A DNA stretch of 64,000 nt from Eledone cirrhosa (taxonomy: Eukaryota): positions 75,082,001-75,146,000 of the forward strand of contig OZ024744.1 of NCBI GenBank assembly GCA_964016885.1, read 5' to 3'. The notes beneath the pieces are model-generated. The model was not told the DNA's origin. It was given only the letters and a program-made list of their open reading frames with translations, and ran no database searches. A program made the translations under genes and the position numbers. This document shows positions 54,548 to 64,000 of this stretch, piece after piece. Position 1 is the stretch's first letter, and each line of letters begins with the position of its first letter.

Positions 54548-54557
54548 CAACAATAGA

Positions 54558-54718
54558 ATAAACAGGTCCTTCAGTTTCGTAAGATTCTGGACCCCAACTC
54601 AATCAGTTTGTCATAAGAATAATACAAAACTAAAAGTTTATATTTTGCTTTTATTTTTCTTATGATAGGCTGAATGAGTTGGGCTCCAGAATCCAACAAA
54701 ACTTAAAGACCTATTTAT
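54558..54718. repeat. ~160-bp palindromic (MITE-like) element
   Basis: AGGTC..GATTCTGGACCCCAACTCAATCAG..TCATAAGA versus TCTTATGA..CTGAATGAGTTGGGCTCCAGAATC..GACCT. Confidence 0.75.
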
Positions 54719-54752
54719 GTCGCTGTTGTAACTATATATACTAAACTTCTCC

Positions 54753-54868
<116 letters not shown>

Positions 54869-55798
54869 CGCGCGTGTGTTCTTGCGTGAGAGAGAGTTTG
54901 TATATATGTATGTATGTATGTTTGCTTGTATGCGTGTATGCACGTATGCATATTGTTGTTGGACATCCGTCGTTTTCCAACTTTCATCATGTAATCAACG
55001 TGTGACAGAGCATTCCATAGACATGTACACCCATAACATAGCACTCAGGGAGATTCAGTAGGACACAATCGGTGATAAAGTTGGTCTCTTGAATTGTTGG
55101 TACTCATTTTTTCCAGCTGAATAAACTGTAGCAATGTCAAATTAAGTGCCGTGCTCAAGGACACCTGGTTATACCAGGTCCGAGAATCGTACTAAGGACC
55201 TTACGATCGTAAACGAACAGTCTTACCACTAGATCATATGACATTATGTATATATTTATTCCAAGACTAAAAGTGTGGTGGGCAGAGATTGGTAGATCAA
55301 GTCAGAGCGAGAAAGGGAGATTGAAGGAAGAAGATAACTATTCTATCTTATATAGAAGCAGCAACAAAATATTAGTATATTTTCTAATTTTGTTCTGTTT
55401 CGACATAAATATATTATTTCTTTTCAGCTGTCCGATTTCCACTTCATTAGAACTTTTAGGTTTTCTCTATATTTCTCCATCTTACATTCACAAATTTTAC
55501 TTTAGTGACTGTTAAGATTTTAGTTTTTTTCTCTATAGTTTATTCTGGGTGGATATGCAAATCTGCAGCAAATGATGTGACCATTCGTTGATGAATTGAG
55601 ACGTTATTTCATGATATACAGGCAAACATTCACGCTAATGATATAGGCTTGAATATAAACTTTTACACACACACATGCACACGGTTTGAAGAACGTCGAT
55701 CAACTGTCGATAAATAAATATATATATATCCAGAGAACCTTCAACCGTCAAGGTTGTTTTTCTACGGGTATGTCAATATTTATAAAACAAATTTTGTA

Positions 55799-55860
55799 TT
55801 TTATCTGATGAAATCGCACCAAAATTTGCCTTGGGTGCCCTTGAAATATATATAATAAAA
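55799..55860 (+). ncRNA. Hammerhead motif, related subfamily
   Basis: ttttat-CTGATGA-aatcGCACC..GGTGCcctt-GAAA-tatata-TA-ataaaa. Confidence 0.62.
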
Positions 55861-56507
55861 TAATTATGGTTTTATAAATATAGTTTCCATTTATTAATAT
55901 ATTGAATATTTACTCCAGTTACTGTTGAGTGTTTCATATCAGTTATATACTTTTAAGCTTGTTGAATCCCAACAAATTAAATATAACTTTTGCATAGATA
56001 TATATATGTATGTATGTATATATATATATACATAAAAAAATATACCAAACACGTTTATCCATTAAACGTTCATTTACAAACGTTTCATCCCCTACTTGGG
56101 ACTTGTCAAAATCAGTTATTTAAGATTGAAAAACCTCATTATAACCTCACCAATAAAAAGTCCGAAATGATGCCATAACACATGGAAAATCTATGTTGTC
56201 CAACTACAGAAATATAACGTCAAACCATTCTAGCACGTTACTATAAAAACTTATTTAAAAGATTAATAGATGATAAATATAAAAAGATAAATATACACTT
56301 CATAAAGAATATTATAAAAGATAAGAAGGAAAAAATAAAGACATATACGTAAACATGTATATATACACATACACATATATACAAATATAGATATATGCAT
56401 AAATAAATATAGAAACGTATATATAGATATACCCCAACATACACGTACATATATAACATACATAACGACATACAAATATATACGCACATTTACATACACA
56501 CACACAC

Positions 56508-56538
<31 letters not shown>

Positions 56539-56591
56539 CACCCATACGCATATACATACACACTCCTACCCATGTACTCATATATAAATAT

Positions 56592-56622
<31 letters not shown>

Positions 56623-56969
56623 TATACATACACACACATAAATACACACACATGCCTACACATTTATATACATACATAAACACACACACACATAAATAAA
56701 AAGCAAAAAAAAAAACACATATACTAATACATACATGCACATACATCCACATGCTTCATGTGTAAATATTATCTTTAGCACCATAGGATTTTGTATACAT
56801 GCTTTTTTGGAAAATTCTTTGAAAGAAATATGAAATAGAGCCTTTTCTACTGTTTATTATAATAAATTACTGTATTTTGAGCTGTGTTTAACTTCTCCCC
56901 GTATGTTTCCAATTGTTTATATTGTTTTTCTAAAAAGCGATATCGTTTTCATATATGTATATATAAATA

Positions 56970-57370
56970 CACACTAGTGAACAAAGATAGAATACAAAGA
57001 CAAAAACACATACACACAAATGCGAACACACACACACCAAACATTATACACACACGCAAACGCATGCGCAGAGACAGAGACAGGAATAAATAAATGAATG
57101 AATATAAAAAAAAATGGCGTAGACTAACAATACAATACAATGGGAGGAAACATAATAGTAGCACTGATGAAAAACATTGATAGACTATATATATATATAT
57201 TTATATCTGTATATTTAACCGCTGGTCAATCAAAGATAAACATTGATTGCCAAATAAATTAACTATGGAGATATTTACTAAAACATACAGAAGTGAAAAC
57301 AAACCAAACATTGAGTGTGTTCTGTTATTATTTATGGGAATATTATAACAAGATGACCCTCCCCAAGTAT

Positions 57371-57413
<43 letters not shown>

Positions 57414-57657
57414 TATATTATATCATACATATATATACTGGTGGAAGGTTACTAAGATCGAAGTTAAGGCAGGTGGCCAAAGCCACGAATTAACAAATCG
57501 TGTTTGCACGTAACATTCAATAAGGATGTATCGATAAATCAATACGCTACACCTTAGAATAAGTAACATAAGTTAGATAGCGTGACAAATTGAAAACTGC
57601 GGCTAGGGGTATAGCCATATAATCCGCCACAACAACGAAAATACAATCATGTTAATC

Positions 57658-57709
<52 letters not shown>

Positions 57710-58135
57710 CGGCGATGAATTAGTTTTGCGAGGTTTTTGATATGAAATCTTGTGTCGAAACAAATATTGTTATACTTGGGGAGGGGCATATTTGTATAAT
57801 AATATTGCCAGAATTAATAACAGAACACACTCTCTGTTTGGTTGGTTTTCGCTTCTGTGTCTTTTATATCGGTTAATTTAATTCATTCGGTACGCAATGT
57901 TACCATTGACTGACCAACGGTCAAAAATACAGATACAATATAGACACAAACACATATATGTAGACTAACAAAGTTCTTTGTTTGCACCTCTGCAACATTG
58001 TCAGTGTTGCTATTTTGTTTCCTCCCGTTGTATTGTATGCCTACGCCATCTTTATTTAGTCTGTTTATTTATTTATTTGTTTATTTGTTGTCTTCTCTGC
58101 GCATGCGTTTGCGTGTGTGTATAGTGTTTTGTTTG
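56970..58135. mobile_element. Two inverted pLTRs of the 23.6-25.6 kb Penelope family
   Basis: 56970-57380 matches 25180-25580 (+); 57763-58135 is the reverse-oriented copy; spacer is unique sequence and (TA)n. Confidence 0.8.
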
Positions 58136-58140
58136 ATGTG

Positions 58141-58185
<45 letters not shown>

Positions 58186-58304
58186 TATATTCGTAAACAT
58201 ATAATTTTGCATACACAATAACAAAATATAAACAAACGTATTTATTTCACGAGGCTCGATAAGAATAAATATGTATCAAATATATAAGAACCCTAGAGCA
58301 ACTT

Positions 58305-58331
58305 CCGAGCAACGCCGGGCCATTCTGCAAG
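58305..58331 (+). mobile_element. Isolated Helitron 3' terminus
   Basis: CCGAGCAACGCCGGGCCATTCTGCAAG|T, matching the 3' hairpin and end of the 20090-21945 Helitron. Confidence 0.6.
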
Positions 58332-58741
58332 TATATATAAATATTTGTGGTGTGTATGTGTGTGCGCGCGTGTGTGTGTGTGTGTATGTGTGTGTATTTA
58401 TATGATATAATATATAAACATATATATTTTCATATATACCTGCGTATGTGTGAAGTGTAAACAATTTCTGTGTACAGAGGAATAGATGAAAGAGTTTACT
58501 CTTCACATTTCTATTTCTTTTTCAGTTGACGTCTCTAATTGAAATATGATATTAAGTTTACTCCTAATCTTCAAACATACGCTGCATTTTAGCATGAATA
58601 TTGATTATATATTTAATTAGGCTACAAAACGTATGCAATCATGTAATTTAGACTTACAATTTTTGGTATTTTTGATATTATGTATGGCATATATTTAGTT
58701 GTTATAGCAAACTCTTTTCACTCGCGGAATTTTAGGATTAG

Positions 58742-58792
58742 TTATTTTCTGATGAGGGAACAAAAATCTCTGAAATGCCGGCATAAGAATAA
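58742..58792 (+). ncRNA. Type I hammerhead motif with palindromic stem III
   Basis: ttatttt-CTGATGA-gggaacaaaaatctct-GAAA-tgccggca-TA-agaataa; ATGCCGGCAT is a perfect palindrome. Confidence 0.72.
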
Positions 58793-58949
58793 TCGGTATC
58801 TTTTTCTATGAACAGAGGAATATTGGAAAATATTCACACTTCACTGTTCATTCTTTCCACAGCTAAGGTTTCTAATTAAAAACGACGGTTATGTCTATCT
58901 TATGGTTACACTATATATTTACATACATCACCCATGCGTTCATACACAC

Positions 58950-58950
<1 letters not shown>

Positions 58951-59034
<84 letters not shown>

Positions 59035-59099
59035 CATATATATATATAAAGAGAGAGAGAGAGAGGGAGAGAGAGGGAGAGAGAGAGTGAGAGAGAGAG

Positions 59100-59198
<99 letters not shown>

Positions 59199-59271
59199 CG
59201 CAAGCATGTTTAGTCCGACATGAGAAAATGCGTAAACTGCTTTTACGCAACCGCACACAAAATTTATAAGA

Positions 59272-59369
<98 letters not shown>

Positions 59370-59375
59370 ATAGTT

Positions 59376-59415
<40 letters not shown>

Positions 59416-59453
59416 CAGCAGCAGCAGCAGCAGTAGCAGCAGTAGTAGTAGTA
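58951..59453. repeat. Adjacent (TA)n, (GA)n and (GTA)n/(GCA)n microsatellites
   Basis: Direct reading. Representative of dozens of (TA)n, (CA)n and (GA)n arrays across the window (e.g. 3115-3320, 22950-23376, 29956-30306, 40724-41250, 53545-53740). Confidence 0.97.
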
Positions 59454-61149
59454 ATGGAGGATATATTCTTGCACGGTTTTATGAATAAAGCCTTCACTGC
59501 GTCAGTGAATTGAATTAGATAAATGATAAATTAGCGCTGATGTCTTGGATTGATTCTTCGTAGGTTAAAGAGCGCAGATGAGGTATATATTAGTTTTAGT
59601 GGGAGAGGAAAGGTTTAACGTCAACGTCTTATATATACTTTCTCCAGAGAGAGAGGGGGGAGAGGGAGAGAGAGAGAGAGAAAGAGGAACTGTGAGTAAC
59701 AGAGATGCGTTATTTGATTTACCGAATATATAGATTAAATACAGTGATGCTTTCCGCCTCCAAACCTTATCGCTTCGTCCACAAACTCGGGCTCCGCAGC
59801 CCGCAATGCGGAAGAGAGGAAGATATTCAAATACCGGGGCATAACCGACCAATTCCTCTTTGTACCGGTCTCGACAGAGACCTCTAGCATCTTTTGTGCC
59901 CGCACTGCTGATTTCCTGGGTGTCTGTTGCAGCGGGTGTCTCTGGTAACACTTATGCTGTTTTTTTTCCGAGGGGCGCGGATGAGGCAAGGTTCTGGCTG
60001 GAATGTAGAGCTTGCCCCTTCCTCTCTCCTTTTCTTTTGTTGCTTGATCATTCTTTACATGTATTTTTTTCTCTTATCATTTTTTTTCTTCTTGTCTTCC
60101 CTTTCTGTTCCTTTTAATAGTGTGTTGGTTTTTTTCGGAGATACTGTTCAAAATGTTCTTTACATTGACTAATAATAAATAGTGGAGTAGATTGATAGAC
60201 AGATAAAGACAAAAGGATACGGACATATTGAAAAGGGATAGCAAGTATGAAAGCAATAGTAAGCCACAAAACGAACCACTTGTTAGTAGGTTCTTCTTCT
60301 TGTCATGTCTATAAAAGCTTGGCTAGACGTGGTTCCACTACAGCTAAATACATTGCTCTACTTTCTCTGCCAAGTCCAATGCTGTGCAGGGGTGTTCCAG
60401 CAGGGGCCATATCAGGCGGTGCTGCGAAATCTGTTGTTCGATGCTGCAGTCACACACAACGCACCCATCCTTTAAATATCCCCATTTTGCAAGAGTGACT
60501 TTTGCACGTTCAGCACCAGCTGTTTAGGCATTTCTACACTGCATAGTTTGTATCTGCTCCAGGGGGCAGTATATCGCTCGCCTTTAGCTCCATTGTTGTT
60601 ACAGATGGGAGGTTAAGTTTTTCTTCCCAGCGAGTGACTCCTTCACCCCTTATGCTTGATGTTCCAATGATAGTGGTAGGTGGACAGCGGTCAACAAGAA
60701 TGCTACTAAATTTGAAAAGAAAATGCAGGTAAAATAAAGAAAGGAGCACGTAAAGATCGGGAGGACAGACACCTGGTTGATGATCAACAAGAACGCCGGC
60801 AAGCGGTAAAGGAGGGTGACAAGATTTGTACCTTTTGTTTTCGTGTGCTTGCCACGTATGACTCTTTCACCTAAAGAGTTTGTAGAGATTTGTGAGTTCA
60901 ACAATATCTTCCCACAGTATACAAGCGAAATGAGTATGTTGGTGTTGCACACAACCACGAGTACATACATTGGAACACTGTAAACACTATAAATGATTGT
61001 TTCATTTTTTCTTTGCTGTTCTTTTTTTAGAATTTCCAAACCTTGTATTATCTTACATTAAAACTTCTTCATTTTAGAGTTGAAAAACCTTTAGCTTTTG
61101 GGGTTGATTTTCATTGACTTTCATTAACTTATGTAGCAAGCTAGTGACT

Positions 61150-61520
61150 CTCTGATCTCCGATTTGTTATTGTCTCTGACCTCTTTGATTCTGTGTTGGA
61201 TGTTTGTGTTAAGAGAGGGGCTAAGCTGTCAACTGAGCACCATCTAGTTATCTGCAACTTGAGACTGCCTAAAGCCAATAAAGCCCAGAAAACTGGCAAG
61301 TCCAGGGCGAATTACAAGATAAAGAGGGAAACATTGGTGGATAAGGAAGTCGGGACAAGGTATACAAATACTATTGCATCCAATTTAGTGAACTCTGTGA
61401 GCAAACTGGGGACATTAAACCAGAGCGGAGATTGTTCAGGGCAGTAGTTTCTGCTTCAGCTGTTAAATGCTGCGGGCGAAAGAGGCTTGGTGTGGCAGCG
61501 GACAGCAGGAAGACCCTATG
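61150..61520 (+). mobile_element. RTE-like LINE fragment (end of APE domain and linker)
   Basis: DSVLDVCVKRGAKLSTEHHLVICNLRL resembles the RTE V.V.RGA...SDH.LV motif. Confidence 0.7.
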
Positions 61521-62393
61521 TTAAATGGAATTATTTTTTTTGACAAATTCTACACTTTATTTACCTTCTGATTTTAGAAGTTGCCTAGAATATGTAGAAT
61601 CCCTAATTGGGACTGGTAAACTAGTTTTAAGATTATCACTTGAATATCACAAGTATAAAAGGGAATTTTTTTTGTGACAAAATTGAAGGGAGGCAATTTT
61701 GAAAATACATTTTACCATTGTAAAATTGGTGTATATTGGTAACATGTTAGTTTCCTTATATTGATAATATGTACGTTTGTAGTAAGTTAAATGTTTTGGT
61801 TTAAAGTGAATTGTAATTGTATAACTTAACAGATCGTTTGTATGATAGTACTGTATAATAGCGACGGTGAGCCATGGCAGTAAGTGAAGATTTAGCAGAC
61901 GTATTGTTTGGTATAATTTAAATGACTTGTTGTATGTTAGTAGGATAAATATTTAATCTCATTAAAAGTCGTATTAACAATCGTAAAATAAAAAAATCTC
62001 TAAGCATACAGCTGCCTCTTTGTAATAGACAATAAAATATTTTATTCATAGTTTGTTTAAGAATCATTCATTATTACAGGTGTTAAACTATCAGATATAA
62101 CAGAGCATCAGACTAAATTACCTTACAGTAGTTTTGTTTCTGTTCCTTTTTGTGTTCCAAAATAGCATGGTAACAATTATCTCTTTCATCATTTATAAAT
62201 TAAAAACACAAACATCTGTAAAACATTTACAAAATTTTACTATATTTATATCTTCGAAAATTAACAAATAATCGCTTTTTTTAAACATTTAGAAAGGACT
62301 TCACACTCAACAAAAGCCTGTCTAGAAATATATTTGATTTACATTCTTGATATGTCGTGTTAAATCTGTTTTAACTACTGTGATTTGAATCTG

Positions 62394-62500
<107 letters not shown>

Positions 62501-62722
62501 ATACACACATGTATACATACATATATATATTTATATATATATATTTAAAACTACAGATCTTTATAAATATAGGTGTCTAATATTGAACTACATATACATA
62601 AAAGAGGTGTTTATTAGTAAATCGCTATTAATAGATGCAAAGAGAATGCTTATTGATGAATTTTTCTAACAAAATTATCTACGTTTTCTATATCATGCTG
62701 TTTTCAAAGTAAGCATTATTAT

Positions 62723-62921
62723 TGGTGAATTGGCAGTATCGGTAGAGGGTCGGATGCCATGTTTGACGCATAGAATTACGGCTCTTGGCATTCTGAGTTC
62801 AAATCCCGCCGAGCATAATTTTGCCTTTCATCCTTACGGGGTCGATAACATATAGTACCAGTAATACACTGGGATAATTGCTGGCCTCGTGCCAAAAGTA
62901 GAAACAATTATTATTATTATT
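62723..62921 (+). mobile_element. Full-length SINE family A in an ATT context
   Basis: ATTATTATT|GGTGAATTGGCAGTATCGGTAGAG..GAGTTCAAATCCCGCCGAG..GTAGAAACA(ATT)n. Confidence 0.92.
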
Positions 62922-63310
62922 CTAGCCTTAATGAGCAAGCTTAATAGAAATGGAGTGAATAATGGCATCTCTCTCTTTCCCTCTCTCATTCTCTCTGCAT
63001 ATATGGATGAAGATATATATATATATATTTATATATATATATATATATAAGCAAAGGAAATAGAAAACGTAACTGGAGTCGTTTTAAGAATATTTATTTA
63101 TTTCCTTTACCGGTTTCACAGTTCTTTTGCTTTTCAAAATTAGTATTGAGATGGAGGGTTTGTGGTTTTTCTCGCATGGAACTAGCTGTTGAAACGGCAA
63201 TATGTCAGCTGTAGGGGCTCCGACTCTTTTTAATATAGTCATATTCTACTTTCACAAGTATCGAATACTCTGTTGAGTATCGGTCTTAATATTCTAAAAG
63301 TAGTTCAATA

Positions 63311-63344
<34 letters not shown>

Positions 63345-63385
63345 TACATACATATCAACTATTGGTATACAGATTCATTTATATA

Positions 63386-63421
<36 letters not shown>

Positions 63422-63718
63422 TGTGTATATATATATATATACATGTATTTGATATAAATGATTCTGTGTACCAATAGTTGACAGGCACTACTGTATAAAA
63501 TATATATATATTTTTTTTTTCAGTAAGTGCATCTGCTCCAGTTTTAAGCAAAATACTACAATTATAGCGCTTGTAGTACTGAAAGATATACCCTCTGGGG
63601 GAGATTAACAACATGTATATGTATGTACATTTATATAAGTCATATAGCTATCTATATATGTGGAAGTAAATGCATACATACACACTACATACGTACATAC
63701 ATTTACACATAAATGCAC

Positions 63719-63827
<109 letters not shown>

Positions 63828-64000
63828 TGTCAATTAGCATGCTACCTATGTTTCATATCCGGACCTTGAAACATGTTTTTTGTTCCTAGAGAATTAAAAG
63901 AATTGTATATTTCAGACGGATGGTCTCAACTACCTGGTAATCTCTTCACCGTGTTAATCCTAATAAATAATCCCAAAAGCTGGCTTAGTCCTTTCTGCTC

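Noticed and set aside
59730-61040. GC-richer fragments possibly from LINE ORF1s
   Set aside because: No diagnostic motif recognised; cannot be assigned without a search.

Overview
Eukaryotic, AT-rich, microsatellite-dense DNA with no supportable host protein-coding gene. Nearly all ORFs in the track are microsatellite read-throughs or transposon fragments. The SINE family (GAGTTCAAATCCCGCCGAGG..ACTTTGCCTTTCATCCTTACGGGGTCGATAAAATAAAGTACCAG) and the repeat landscape suggest an octopod cephalopod (inference). The window is a graveyard of nested mobile elements: R4/Dong-clade RLE retrotransposons (two families, one near full length), two L1/Tx1 elements, RTE and CRE fragments, several Penelope-like elements (one Naiad-like with direct pseudo-LTRs, others with inverted pLTRs), a non-autonomous Helitron, a hAT-like MITE, a decayed pogo-like transposase and many tRNA-derived SINEs. 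Most notable: (i) about a dozen hammerhead-ribozyme motifs, including a non-coding family at 52.1-53.5 kb and 55.8 kb that forms a fold-back with a hammerhead on each strand; (ii) repeated use of (TAA)n and (CATA)n microsatellites as insertion platforms by unrelated retroelements; (iii) a possible SINE/Tx1 shared 3' tail. All alignments and folds were done by eye.
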